A stretch of DNA of 64,000 nt from an uncultured delta proteobacterium (GCA_963711565.1 CAVQEQ010000003.1:1152001-1216000), one strand, 5' to 3'. Counted from the stretch's first letter, positions 41,731 to 52,792 are shown. Numbers and translations are program-made. The notes: generated by a model from the sequence alone, not told the origin.

Positions 41731-41789
41731 CCCAAATCTCTCCGCGCGCGGATGCTATCAAAGAAGGTCTTGAGCGGCCAAGCGCGCGG

Positions 41790-42305
41790 TCAATCCCATC
41801 CCGAGCGGTCGCGTGCTACCACTTGCTTGCCGCCGAGGTAAACGTAGTCGAGATCGAGCGACGTCAACGGGCGCTCGTTTGCGTTCACGCGCACCCCCAC
41901 CGGTGACGCGATAAAAATTGTGTGGTCGCCCGCCACTCGGCTATCCACTACGCGGGCTTCCAGAGCGATCATCGCGAGTTTCAGCCACGGCACCGCAAGC
42001 GTCGGCGACAACTCGAATTCAATCGTGTCGAGATTGTTGTCGCGGCGCGCGCGCGGCGAATAAAAATAATCTTCGAGTTCCCGCCCGCGGCGTCCCACGA
42101 TGTTCAGTCCGAATACTCCCGTCCTCGCAATCACGCCGTTGCTGAAATGCGCGTTATCGACCGCCGCCGTAAACATCACTGGCTCGCTCGAGACCTGCGC
42201 CACCCACGACGACGACATCCCGTGGCATCGCCCATTCTCCTGCGTGGTCAGAACGTATATTCCGGTGGTGAGGCCGGCCATCGCGCGCGCCAGGTTGTTA
42301 TCCAT
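41790..42305 (-). CDS. Flavin reductase family protein
   Basis: GIYVLT, SWVAQVS.EP, AGDHTIF. Confidence 0.88.
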   Translation of the reverse strand: MDNNLARAMAGLTTGIYVLTTQENGRCHGMSSSWVAQVSSEPVMFTAAVDNAHFSNGVIARTGVFGLNIVGRRGRELEDYFYSPRARRDNNLDTIEFELSPTLAVPWLKLAMIALEARVVDSRVAGDHTIFIASPVGVRVNANERPLTSLDLDYVYLGGKQVVARDRSGWD

Positions 42306-42430
42306 CGAACGAATGCTCCCGCGTTAGTCGCCGACAAATCGAATTCTCACGCTACGTTACAATTGACCTTCGCTCCAAGCGTTCACAAAATGGATAATGT
42401 GACCGCGATGCTGGAGATTTGCTGGAGCTG

Positions 42431-43258
42431 ATGGGCAGGATTGCTGGATCGATCGCCGCCGCATTGATTGCCGCGACAATAGTAGCGATGTGTTCCGCCG
42501 AGTCCGCGCACGCCGGACCCGCCGCCGCGCTCGCGCAAACTAACACGCCGATCACCGCCGGCGACGCGGAGAAAGCGGGCGTGCAGCCGCCGGCGCCCTA
42601 CTACCCGCCGGGTCAGAAGTACGTCAAATCGGGAATACCGCCGCCCGGACCGCCCGACGTGATATACACTCCGCTTCCGACCGCCACGCCGACGGCGACG
42701 CCGACCCCGCTGCCGCAAGTGAAAATCGAAGGGGTGCGGACCGGCCGCGTGCCGACGCCGGGACAACTGCTGTTCGACAAGACGCGCGACATCGCCTTCA
42801 TGGATCCGCTCAACTGGTCGGTGGACATTTACAAAAAACGCCACCGGCTGATCGTCTACTACAAGGGCCGGCTGTTTAAGGACTACCACGCCGTGTTCGG
42901 CCGCAGTTTCGAGCCCGGCACCAAGTTGTGGGAAGGAGACCGGCGCACGCCCGAAGGCGTCTACACGATCATCGGGAAGCATCCGAGCAGCCGCTGGGAT
43001 TGGTTCCTTACCCTGAACTACCCGAACGATATGGATCGCCATCGCTATGAGCAACTGCGCGACGGCGGCGAGGTGCCGGTCGAAGACGGTCATCCGGTCG
43101 GCGTCGGCGGCCGAATCGGAATCCACGGCACCGACGAGCCGGAGCTGAACCGCGGCGACATCAACTGGACCACCGGATGCATCTCAGTCGACGACGAAGA
43201 CGTCGAAGAACTAAAGCGCATCCTCCCCACCGGCACGCTGGTGATAATCAACCCGTGA
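42431..43258 (+). CDS. L,D-transpeptidase (YkuD family)
   Basis: EGDRRTPEG, LNYPN, IGIHG..NWTTGCI; Pro/Thr linker; signal peptide. Confidence 0.9.
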   Translation: MGRIAGSIAAALIAATIVAMCSAESAHAGPAAALAQTNTPITAGDAEKAGVQPPAPYYPPGQKYVKSGIPPPGPPDVIYTPLPTATPTATPTPLPQVKIEGVRTGRVPTPGQLLFDKTRDIAFMDPLNWSVDIYKKRHRLIVYYKGRLFKDYHAVFGRSFEPGTKLWEGDRRTPEGVYTIIGKHPSSRWDWFLTLNYPNDMDRHRYEQLRDGGEVPVEDGHPVGVGGRIGIHGTDEPELNRGDINWTTGCISVDDEDVEELKRILPTGTLVIINP

Positions 43259-43275
43259 CGTGTCGGGGGTGGAAC

Positions 43276-43530
43276 TCAATGCTCGCGCCACCAGGCGAGA
43301 CCTTGGCCCGCACCTTGTCTCACGCGCTTCAGGAGTCGGCGCGCCCAAAGGAACTCGGTCGCCAGAATCGCGAGGCCGAGCGGAATGACGACGATTGCGG
43401 GGCCGGGCAGCACGATGAGCGCGATGCCGAACGCGAGAACGCTTGCGCCGATAACCGCCACTGCGACCTTGCGCGCGAGACGAAATGCGGAAGATGTTGC
43501 GGTGGGAGTCGTTGCCTCCTGCAGGCTCAT
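43276..43530 (-). CDS. PGPGW-domain small membrane protein
   Basis: LIVLPGPA.VVIPLGLAILATEF.WA. Confidence 0.85.
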   Translation of the reverse strand: MSLQEATTPTATSSAFRLARKVAVAVIGASVLAFGIALIVLPGPAIVVIPLGLAILATEFLWARRLLKRVRQGAGQGLAWWREH

Positions 43531-44510
43531 CGACGCATCTCGGCAGCGTCGTCAGATGAGTCATCAGGCTTGCGCTGAATCTCCGGCTTCTTTGCCGGCC
43601 AAATCAGCGACACCACGATCGAACCAGCTATCGTCGCGGCGATAACGCCGAGCGACAACGGAATCGGGACTGCGTAGATCCCGGCAATGAGCATTTTTGC
43701 GCCGACGAACACCAGCAGGAGGGACAGGCCAACCTTGAGGTATTGAAACTTCCCCACCACGCCGGCCAGCGCGAAGTAGAGCGCCCGCAAGCCCAGCATC
43801 GCGAAGATGTTCGACGTGTAAACGATGAACGGATCTTTCGTGACCGCAAAAATCGCCGGGATCGAATCGATTGCGAAGACGATGTCGGTAGCCTCGATCG
43901 CGACGACCACCAGCAGCAGCGGCGTCGCGTAACGCTTGCCGGCCTCGACTACGATCAGGTGCGAGCCGCGGTAGTCGCTCACCGTGGGAATGAAGCGCCG
44001 GAACAATCGGAAGAGTGGATTTCTCTCAGGATGAATTTCGCCGCCGCGCTGAACCAGCAGCCTGATCCCCGTAAAAACCAGGAACGCTCCAAACAGGTAC
44101 GCCATCCAGTGGAACCGGTTGAGGAGGGCCGCGCCCAGCACGATGAAGATGCCGCGCGTGACCAGCGCACCGATCACTCCCCAGAACAATGCTCGATGCT
44201 GGAGTTTCGGCGGAACCGAAAAGGCGGAGAAGATGACAAGGAAGACGAAAACGTTGTCGACCGAAAGCGCCTTCTCGATAACATAGCCCGTCAGAAACTC
44301 GAGCGCGCGTTCCGACCCGTACCAGAAGTACACGCCCAGGTTGAACAGCAGCGCGAGCGAGATCCAGACGACCGTCCACGCGAGCGCCTCGCGGACGCCG
44401 AGCTCGTGCGCCTCGCGATGGAATACGCCAAGGTCGAGCGCCAGCAAGCCCAACACAAAGACGGTGAAGGCGACCCACAGGAGTGGCGAACCGATACTTT
44501 GAATCTCCAC
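43527..44510 (-). CDS. TerC/Alx family membrane protein
   Basis: EKALSVDNVFVF, DIVFAIDSIPA, SNIFAMLGLRALYF. Confidence 0.95.
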   Translation of the reverse strand: MEIQSIGSPLLWVAFTVFVLGLLALDLGVFHREAHELGVREALAWTVVWISLALLFNLGVYFWYGSERALEFLTGYVIEKALSVDNVFVFLVIFSAFSVPPKLQHRALFWGVIGALVTRGIFIVLGAALLNRFHWMAYLFGAFLVFTGIRLLVQRGGEIHPERNPLFRLFRRFIPTVSDYRGSHLIVVEAGKRYATPLLLVVVAIEATDIVFAIDSIPAIFAVTKDPFIVYTSNIFAMLGLRALYFALAGVVGKFQYLKVGLSLLLVFVGAKMLIAGIYAVPIPLSLGVIAATIAGSIVVSLIWPAKKPEIQRKPDDSSDDAAEMRR

Positions 44511-44695
44511 TTTTATTGAGGCCGCCGGTGAAGAAACCGGTCAGCTCAAACGCTCCGGTCCGGACGTTCGGTCGCCGCGGCGCCGGCCACAAACTACCGC
44601 TTGAAAGGATTGATCGCAATTCACGCATCGGAAAACCGCCGGCTGGCGCGAGTGTTCGCTTCACGCGGTTGTGATAATCCAAGTGGTGCTCCGAC

Positions 44696-45985
44696 ATGAA
44701 CGCCGTGCCGACGAATCGTCAGGGCCATATCAAATGGCTCAAATGGCTGGTGGTGCTCGGCGCGCTCGCCGCCACCGGACTGCGAATCGGGCTATGGAGC
44801 ATCGATTCGTCGCCGACGCCTCAAGCCGACAAACTTCCGGCGCGACCGCCGATCGCGCTCGCGGATCTGAAGGATGCACTCGACGCCGAGTTTGCACCGG
44901 TCGTGAAGGACGGCCTGCTCAGAGAATCGACCGGTTGCGGAGTCGCGATCGGCGTAATCGACCACGGCCGGCGGCGCGTGTTTACTTACGGCGCTGCACG
45001 CGCCGATTCTATCTTCCAAATCGGCTCGGTCACCAAGACCCTTACCGGGCTTGCCCTTGCGCAGCTTGCGGCGCAGGGAAAAGTCAGGCTCGACGAGCCG
45101 GTGCGCCCGATCCTTTTCCCCGACATCGATGCCGGATCGCCTGCGACAGAAATCACCCTGCTCGACCTCGCGACTCATCGCTCGGGGCTTCCCGGCATTC
45201 CCGACAACCTCGAGCCCAAAGATCCCGACAATCCGTTTGCCGATTATGACCGCGTCGCACTGCATCAGTTTCTTGTGAGTCACGGTACTGCGAAACCCGC
45301 GGATGCGAAGTATCTGTACAGCAGCTTTGGTATCGGCTTGCTCGGATACGCTCTCGCCCAGCGCGCCGGTGTTCCCTACGCGCAACTGATACGAACCGAT
45401 ATCACTGGGCCGCTCCACATGGACGACACGGTGTTCGCGCTCTCGCCGGAGCAAGCCCATCGAGTTATCCAGGGTCACGGAGCCGGGCTGGACCCGATCG
45501 ACACCGGCCTTGGCGACAGCGGAATCTTCACGGGCGCGGTAGGCGCCAAGTCAACGGTGGCAGACCTGCTCACCTATCTCGACGCCAATCTCCATCCCGA
45601 GCGTTACGCGATAGGGGCCGCTCCTGACTCGCCCGCAGCAACATTGCCGGCCGCGTTCGCCCTGGATCACCAGCTTCGTGGCATCGTAAAGCCGGATACG
45701 GAAGTTGCGTTCAGCTGGCTCTTTGATCTGCGGTCCCGCCGCTTTGAGCATGGCGGCACGACGCCGGGGTTTACCGCTCACGTCGAATTCTCGCCGGATC
45801 AGGATCGCGGCATCGTAGTGCTCTACAATCGGATGGACGAGGTGGCGGGACAACGACGATTCGTCGATCGAGTAGCGGAGAACATCAACCAGTTGATGTC
45901 AGGCAAGCCTGCCGACCGAATCAACGTCATCTCCGAAAATGATCCCTCACTCGCCGCGCTCGACGAGACTGATAGTGATCTTTGA
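44696..45985 (+). CDS. Serine hydrolase, beta-lactamase class C-like
   Basis: FQIGSVTK, LATHRSG, YS(S), HGGTTPGF. Confidence 0.88.
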   Translation: MNAVPTNRQGHIKWLKWLVVLGALAATGLRIGLWSIDSSPTPQADKLPARPPIALADLKDALDAEFAPVVKDGLLRESTGCGVAIGVIDHGRRRVFTYGAARADSIFQIGSVTKTLTGLALAQLAAQGKVRLDEPVRPILFPDIDAGSPATEITLLDLATHRSGLPGIPDNLEPKDPDNPFADYDRVALHQFLVSHGTAKPADAKYLYSSFGIGLLGYALAQRAGVPYAQLIRTDITGPLHMDDTVFALSPEQAHRVIQGHGAGLDPIDTGLGDSGIFTGAVGAKSTVADLLTYLDANLHPERYAIGAAPDSPAATLPAAFALDHQLRGIVKPDTEVAFSWLFDLRSRRFEHGGTTPGFTAHVEFSPDQDRGIVVLYNRMDEVAGQRRFVDRVAENINQLMSGKPADRINVISENDPSLAALDETDSDL

Positions 45986-45988
45986 GGA

Positions 45989-46927
45989 TCACTTGCCGTC
46001 CGCGGGGGCGAAGCCCTTCCCTATGATGCCCGCGCTTTCGTAATCCGCCAGTTGTTTGGCGTCGTGCGACACCACCATGTGCACGTCCGGGTTTGACGCG
46101 GCCAAGTTGTGCAGCGTGCGCAGTTCCGACGTTACTTGATCGCTGTTCTCGCGCATCGCGAGCTCAGCCAGGCGCGGGCGGCACTTCGGAATCGTCACCT
46201 GCTCCATGTCCCACGCAATGTCGCCGATCAGAAGATACTCGGAGTTGTCCGCGAGGCGCACGTAAACGATCTGGCTTCCAGGCGTGTGGCCGGGGGCTTT
46301 GATCAAAACTACGCCCGGTGCCAGCGGATAGTAGTGATCGAACTCCAGCGGATGCAGCGACGCGCGAACCTGCTCCGGAAACTTGCACTCCGTCAGCCAC
46401 CTGGTGTCGTCGCGCTGCTCGCGGGTCAGCAGCAGGTGATCGGCAAACGCCGCGAGCTTCGGCGACTCCGCGATGCCTTGTAGATGGTCGGCATGCTCAT
46501 GCGTCACTACGATCAGGCGCGCATGCGCGAGCGCGTCCTGCTCGGCGGCGTACTGAGCGTCGTCGAAGCTGCCGGGAAATTGCGCGTCGAAGAAGGCGCG
46601 TCCGGGCGGCGCATCGACGATGATCATCGAGCCATCGGGATAGAGCACCTGGTAGGAAGGAAAAACAATCGCATGGCGATCGAAGCGGACGCCGCCAAGG
46701 AAAAGCGCGGCGGGCGGGTTGGATCGCGCTACTGCGGCGGCGTTGATCTTGATCGGGCGCGGTCCCGCCGTTTGCTCGGCCAGCTTGTGCATCGTCGCGA
46801 GATCGAGCTGGTAGTCCGAGTGCTCTGGAACGGCCGGCCCTTGCACGAGGAACACGAGCGCGACCAGCGCGACCGCCACTATCGCGCCGACAACAATCCC
46901 CGCGATTCTCAGAAAGCGCCGCATCAA
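45989..46927 (-). CDS. Metallo-beta-lactamase fold hydrolase with N-terminal TM helix
   Basis: THEHADH, PGHTPGS, GD, SHD. Confidence 0.9.
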   Translation of the reverse strand: MMRRFLRIAGIVVGAIVAVALVALVFLVQGPAVPEHSDYQLDLATMHKLAEQTAGPRPIKINAAAVARSNPPAALFLGGVRFDRHAIVFPSYQVLYPDGSMIIVDAPPGRAFFDAQFPGSFDDAQYAAEQDALAHARLIVVTHEHADHLQGIAESPKLAAFADHLLLTREQRDDTRWLTECKFPEQVRASLHPLEFDHYYPLAPGVVLIKAPGHTPGSQIVYVRLADNSEYLLIGDIAWDMEQVTIPKCRPRLAELAMRENSDQVTSELRTLHNLAASNPDVHMVVSHDAKQLADYESAGIIGKGFAPADGK

Positions 46928-47005
46928 GCCTCTCTATGAGTTACGCCGCCCGCCTTGTGCATCGCACAATATGTCCGGGCGTCGATGGTTGAGCAACTCG
47001 ATTGA

Positions 47006-47473
47006 TCAAGCTACGAACGCACTGAAGGCTACATAGGCGCCGAAAACCACGAAGACAAACAGGTCGCTTATCATCGCGATGTTCTCGTTTCGGGTCCTGT
47101 CGCTCTCGGCAACGTGCCGGATGCCCGCGATGCCGTAAAATATTGTCGCGGCAATCGCCACCGGCAGCGCAAACCCTGGTTTGGCTAATGAGATAACGCC
47201 GACGACGCCCGTCGCGAAATTCGCTACGCCAAGTTCGCGCACGAGCGGCAGCGCATCATCGCTTTTGATGCCGAATATTTCTTCGGCAGTGAATCGTGGC
47301 TGGAAAAATTGTCGCAACCCCGCGAGGAGCAATCTGACGCCGGCGCTCCAGAACACGAACCACTTCCCCACCAACAACATCAGCGGCGTCGCGCTATGGA
47401 AATAGGAAAGCTCCACATAGATCGACCCCGTCGGCAGCACCAACATCAGTAAGAGGACGATCGATAGATACAT
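47006..47473 (-). CDS. Hypothetical membrane protein (DUF6790-like)
   Basis: About four hydrophobic helices; KWFVFW..GVRL..AG, ELG.AN. Confidence 0.6.
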   Translation of the reverse strand: MYLSIVLLLMLVLPTGSIYVELSYFHSATPLMLLVGKWFVFWSAGVRLLLAGLRQFFQPRFTAEEIFGIKSDDALPLVRELGVANFATGVVGVISLAKPGFALPVAIAATIFYGIAGIRHVAESDRTRNENIAMISDLFVFVVFGAYVAFSAFVA

Positions 47474-47659
47474 GATTGCTGTTATTGCCCGCCGACATCG
47501 GTCCGGGCAACCCGCATTGGCCAGCTCGAATCAGGACACTGAGAAAACCATTCCTGGAAGAGCTGCAATGAACCCCTGGGAGGTGCGTTTGCACGGAGTA
47601 TCTGGAGTCCCAACCCTGAGAGCAAAAGGGCGTCTTCGCCATTTTGCGATCGGCACTGC

Positions 47660-47763
47660 GTGCAGAGCCTGTCCTGAGCGACGTTGAAGGAGGTCACCCC
47701 TGCCCAGGGAGGTGCGGAACCCACGGTGGGTTCCGCATTCAATAAAGTGATTTCCCCTTCCCC
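47660..47763 (+). repeat. Family A repeat, copy 2, with a nested 26-nt element
   Basis: GTGCAG[AGCCTGTCCTGAGCGACGTTGAAGGA]GGTCACCCCTGCC..TGCGGAACCCACGGTGGGTTCCGCATTCAATAAAGTGATTTCCCCTTCCCC. Confidence 0.85.
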
Positions 47764-47802
47764 GTTTGCGCTGGACGCGTCGAGTCGCGAATAATCGCGG
47801 GC

Positions 47803-49434
47803 ATGGAATATGACGTAGTCGTACGCAATGGCGTCGTGGTGGACGGCAGCGGCGCGCCGCGCTTTCGGGCCGACGTTGCAATCAAAGATCGCAAGATCGC
47901 GGCGCTGATCGATGCAGGTGATGCCGGTAGCGCAACCGCTGCGCGCGAGATCGATGCGAGCGGGCTTGCGATCGCGCCCGGCTTTATCGACCTGCATTCG
48001 CATTCCGACTGGGTGCTGCCGATTGCCGATCACGGGCAAATCCTGAAACCGTTTCTGCTGCAAGGCGTGACCACGTTCGTCGGCGGCAATTGCGGCTTCT
48101 CGGTGGCGCCTGTCATGCGCGAGCGGCAGCGGATGCTCGACGAGTCGGGCCGCCTGTGCGCCGAGCGGAAGTTCGATTGGGAATGGGATGACGTGGCGGG
48201 CTTCGCCGCGCATCTCAAGCGCAATGGACTCGCGCTCAACGTCGCGCATCTGGCGGGGCATGGCAGTATTCGGCTGAGCGTGATGGGCTCGAGCTCAGCC
48301 GAGCCGTCGTCCGAGCAGTTGCATGCGATGCAGGCGATGGTCGAGCACGCAATGGCCGATGGCGCGGTCGGGCTGTCGTGTGGGCTCGGATACTTTCCCG
48401 GGATGATTGCGAAGCCGGCCGAGCTGGCTGCGCTGGCGCGCGTGGCCGCAGCCGCCGGCGGCGTGCTGACGTCGCATCTGCGCGCGTACTCCGAGCGGTC
48501 GTTATTCTTCGACAGCCGCGTACCACACAACATCCTGGCCGTGCGCGAGATGGCGAACGTCGCGCGCGAGGCGGGCGTGCCGCTGCAAGTCTCGCATCTG
48601 ATTTTTGTCGGCCGGCGCTCATGGAGGACGGTTGACGACACGATCGCCGAAGTCGAGCGTCACAAGAGCGATGGCGTCGATATCGCGTTCGACACCTTCC
48701 CTTACACCTGCGGCAACACGACGATTCGCGTTATTTTTCCCGCGTGGGCGCAGACGGGCCTCGAAGGCCTGCTCGATTCGTCGGACGGATGGAAGAAATT
48801 GCACGACGGCTTCCAGCCGCTCAAGACGTTCATCGCCGACGCGGTTCAACTGATGTGGGCGGTCAAGCCCGAACTCAGTCATCTTGAGGGCAAATTCTTC
48901 GGGCAAATCGCAGACGAGCTGAAACTCGATCCGATCGATGCGTACCTGACGATCACGCGTGAGAGTGGAACGCGCGCGCGCGTGCTGAACCATCTATACA
49001 GCGGCGACGACTTCGGCGACGAGCATGCGCTGCAGGAAGCGATGAAGCATCCGCTGAACCTGTTCGAGATGGACACGATTCTCACTTCGCATGGGCATCA
49101 CAATCCCGCGAGCTTCGGCACCTATCCGCGAATCCTGGGGCATTACGTGCGCGAGATGAAGCTGCTGACGCTGGAGGATGCGGTGCACAAAGCGACCGGG
49201 ATGGCGGCGAAGCGGATGCGGCTCGGCGCGCGCGGCCTAGTGCGTCCCGGCTACGCGGCGGATCTGGTGATATTCAATCCGGAAACAATCGGATGCGCCG
49301 CGGATTCGAGGACGCCGACGACGGCGCCGGTCGGAATCGAGCACGTGATGGTCAACGGCACGGCGGTGGTCGCCAACGGCAAGTGGTGCGGCGACGGCGT
49401 GATGGCGGGCGAGTGGATCGGGCGGGGAACCTAA
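47803..49434 (+). CDS. N-acyl-D-amino-acid deacylase family amidohydrolase
   Basis: PGFIDLHSHSD, GNCG, HLR, G.YPRILG.YVRE, G..ADLVIF. Confidence 0.9.
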   Translation: MEYDVVVRNGVVVDGSGAPRFRADVAIKDRKIAALIDAGDAGSATAAREIDASGLAIAPGFIDLHSHSDWVLPIADHGQILKPFLLQGVTTFVGGNCGFSVAPVMRERQRMLDESGRLCAERKFDWEWDDVAGFAAHLKRNGLALNVAHLAGHGSIRLSVMGSSSAEPSSEQLHAMQAMVEHAMADGAVGLSCGLGYFPGMIAKPAELAALARVAAAAGGVLTSHLRAYSERSLFFDSRVPHNILAVREMANVAREAGVPLQVSHLIFVGRRSWRTVDDTIAEVERHKSDGVDIAFDTFPYTCGNTTIRVIFPAWAQTGLEGLLDSSDGWKKLHDGFQPLKTFIADAVQLMWAVKPELSHLEGKFFGQIADELKLDPIDAYLTITRESGTRARVLNHLYSGDDFGDEHALQEAMKHPLNLFEMDTILTSHGHHNPASFGTYPRILGHYVREMKLLTLEDAVHKATGMAAKRMRLGARGLVRPGYAADLVIFNPETIGCAADSRTPTTAPVGIEHVMVNGTAVVANGKWCGDGVMAGEWIGRGT

Positions 49435-49702
49435 CCCTTACAGAGGGGTCAGGTTGCACGCATCGAGGACCACCCGCTGTGCCGAGCTCGCTTCTCGTCA
49501 CCCATGCAGCGTCGCGCGGGTGGATCGTCGTGACACGCAGCCCCTTTGAAGTCCAGCCAACGTCGAGGCCAACGCGACGGGCGACAACTCGCCCAACAAA
49601 TTGTTAATCAAGGCCGACACGTCGTTTTCCTTGACAGCGCCACCTCCACTATGAGGGGGGGGTGAAATAGCTATTAGTCGATTTTCAAAACGGAGGGTCT
49701 CA

Positions 49703-52402
49703 ATGATCCGATCAGCCTCGCTAGTTGCTGCGCTGCTGTTAATGCACCTGATCTTTGCCGGGATTGCCTTCGCGGAGTCGACGGTCAGCTATCCAGAACA
49801 TGTCGATCATCCCGAGCTATATGTTCTGCCCGCGCCCGCAAAGAAAAATATAGAAATCCTAATTTATCTAAAAAGGCCCGTCACCGACGACGACATCCAG
49901 CCATTCTCGGATTGGCTCACGGATGGGGGTTTCCAGATCATTGACGCCGACACAAAGGCTGGCTATCTGCACATTTCCGGTAGCGTTGAAGATGCGGCGG
50001 ATGCTTTTCAGACCCAAATCATGATGACGCGAGAGGGATCGTACGGAAACTTATCCGATCCGAAAATCCCGGCCCGATTCGCAAGCGTGGTTCGAGCAAT
50101 AAGCGGGCTGACCGAGGTCATTTTGGCGCCGTATGTGCCTATAAGACCCGCCCAACCGGTCCCAACTCAGCCTCATTCGCGAAATACTTCCTCTTTAGAT
50201 TCGTTACAATCGCATACCTTCTTCCTGAGTAATGGCGTGTCAGCGTTCGGGCCGGCCGATGAACAAACGTTTTACGACGCGGCAAGCTTGATAAGCTCTG
50301 GTATCAACGGATCGAGTGTGGACTGTATAGCGCTGACCGAAGATTCCACTTTCACAGCTGCTGCTGTGACAAACTTCAACAGCACCTTCATGCTTCCACA
50401 ATTTGGGACCAGCCCGGCGCTAACCACCGTGCTCGTTGGTACCGGTCAAACTGAAAATAGTGATGAAACGGAAGCGCTCATCGATATTGAATGGGCGCAT
50501 GCTCTCGCACCAATGGCCAACATCCATGTTTACATATCCGCGCAAGGGTCCAGTAACGTCCAGGTTGCTATAGAAAAGGTGATCACTGACAACGTCTGTG
50601 GTACGATAGATATCAGTCAGACTCTTTGTGGCAGCGAACTTTTTTTTGAGCTCTTAGGAAATTCCTTTCAGCTAGCCGCGCAGCAGCGCCAAGCGGTTTT
50701 CGTCTCGACCGGTGACGACGGAGCCGCGGAATTCACGGTCACATCCGGCGCCTGCCCATCTCTTGCAGCCGGAATTAAGGAACTGGCTGCCAGTCCGTAT
50801 GTTACCGCAGTAGGCGGCACGATGTTCACTCCGACTTATAACGCAAACGGAAATGACGTTGGCTCTGTCGCGGAAATGGTCTGGAATGATATAAGCGGAG
50901 CGAGTGGGGGCGGAGTAAGTCAGGTGTTTCCTGAGCCGGCATATCAAGCGCAGCAAGTCCTGCCGGCAAGCGCGTTTAGAGCGATTCCAGACCTATCGTT
51001 AGGCGCGAGCCCGAATACCCCAGGGTTTTGGATTGTGAACGCTATGAATGGCACTCCAACCCCCCTACAACAATACGGGGGCACGAGTTTGGCCTCTCCC
51101 GCTTGGGCAGGAATCGGAGCACTGTTGGCGGATCAGGCGAAAGAACGTGTCGGCAATATCAATTCCAGACTTTACCAGATGAGTCCTCTTGCCGCGTCGG
51201 TGGGAATTCGAGATGTCACTGCGGGAAACAATACCTTCGGCGGCGTCACCGGAGTTTCTGCAGGGGTTGGCTACGACGAAGCGTCAGGGTGGGGCACTCC
51301 GGACGTCACCAAGTTTGTTAACGCCTTCACAGGTGAGGCATTGATCTCAGGCGGTTTGAAGAATGGTACTGTGTTGGCCACGGCAGAGACCTTCGACCCC
51401 GAAGCCAAGAAATATACGGCGACAGGAAACATGTCCCACGCCCGGATGTGTCATACATCTACGCTGTTGAGTAATGGGCAGACATTGGTTGCGGGGGGTA
51501 CGAAGAATCTCACTGGAGGGAGTTTGGCATCAGCAGAGCTATTTACGCCTTCGACGCGCAAGTTTGTTGCGACAGCGGGTCCGCTGATGGTAGCTCGGTA
51601 TGAACATCAAGCTGTTCTGCTGAACAATGGCACGGTTCTAGTGATGGGGGGATTTACAGGCGATAGCCTAAAAGATGTAACCAATAGCGCCGAGTTGTAT
51701 AACCCTGCGGCAGGTGGCTCTTTCTCTCTCACAGGGGTTATGTCTGTCGCGCGAGGGTCTTAGCAGCAACTCTTCTAGACGGCGGCGGCGTAATCGTCAC
51801 AGGAGGATATGATGCTTCCGGCCCCGTAAACTCTGCGGAACTTTATAGCCCGACAACCGGATCGTTTTCTCTACTACCGATGACTATGACGACCCCGAGG
51901 GCCGATCACACCGCTACACTCCCTAAACAACGGCATGGTCCTGATCGTTGGCGGCTATTCAACATTAGTTGACGGGGAGGGCGCCAACGCGTTGAGTAGC
52001 GCTGAGCTATATAATCCATCTAACAATACATTCACGGCGACAGGCTCGATGCTCAAGCCACGCGCGGAGCATGTAGCGACACTTCTGAACGACGGAAGGG
52101 TATTGATCGCGGGAGGCATTGATAACTCGGGAAACGCGCCGGCGAGCGCCGAGGTATACAATCCGGCCACTGGCTTGTTCGGCACAAGCGTCGTCTCAAT
52201 GAGCGATGGCAGAGAGGACCCCAGCATCGCGATGCTGTTCGACGGGCGAGTGCTGGTCGCCGGCGGAGACGATGGAAGTGGTCCGGTGGATACGTCGGAA
52301 ATTCACGACCCCAACCTGAACACCTTTACCTCTGTAACCAAATTGATGACGGAAAAGCGTTGGCGAACAGGGTACAACTACTCGGAGGCGAGTGTGCCCT
52401 GA
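49703..52402 (+). pseudogene. S53 (sedolisin) protease fused to Kelch repeats, broken by two frameshifts (~51760, ~51921)
   Basis: EALID, STGDDG, GGTSLASP, GYDEASGWGTP; Kelch repeats continue in a shifted frame at 51760-51921, then return to the original frame. Confidence 0.85.
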
Positions 52403-52408
52403 ACTCAG

Positions 52409-52651
52409 TTACGAAGAAACGGTGAAAACCGCCTTCACGTCGAAGCCGACGATGTCGCCTTCGCGCAGCAGATCGATCCCCGGCATCGTGTCGCGATGCG
52501 CGCTCCCGCGACGGCCACGAATGGAAACTCGAACGGAATCTCCTTGCCGCTATGCGAGCGCACCATCCCATGGCCGCGCGCGCTCGAGCTTGAGAATCAT
52601 CCCCTGGTAAAATTTTGCCCGAAGGCGCTCGCTGTCGAAATCATCGGTCAC
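52409..52651 (-). pseudogene. Frameshifted remnant of a small beta-rich (cold-shock/OB-like) protein
   Basis: Joining frames gives FYQGMILKLERAR/GHGMVRSHSGKEIPFEF../PGIDLLREGDIVGFDV. Confidence 0.45.
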
Positions 52652-52654
52652 GAC

Positions 52655-52792
52655 TTAACCCCTTCCCGAGCGGGAAGGGGAACCGGAATGTGGGGATTCC
52701 CTGAGGGGGAAGGGGAACGATCACAGAACTGAGATCGTGCATGAATCGAAGAATCCTCACCTAACCTCTGCCGTGAAATAACGGGCGAGGGA
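52655..52792. repeat. Cluster of CCCCTTCCC..GGGAAGGGG and CCTCACC-TAACCTCT palindromic repeats
   Basis: CCCCTTCCCG-AG-CGGGAAGGGG hairpin, a second GGGAAGGGGAAC copy, and CCTCACCTAACCTCT related to family B. Confidence 0.6.

Noticed and set aside
44511-44695. yybP-ykoY manganese riboswitch upstream of terC
   Set aside because: Expected from context, but the conserved motifs are not evident.
44696-46927. Antibiotic resistance pair (serine and metallo beta-lactamase folds)
   Set aside because: Fold-level motifs only; most such proteins are other hydrolases, and there is no mobile context.
47474-47659. Short ORFs or a gene remnant in the intergenic region
   Set aside because: No recognisable motif, RBS or coding bias.
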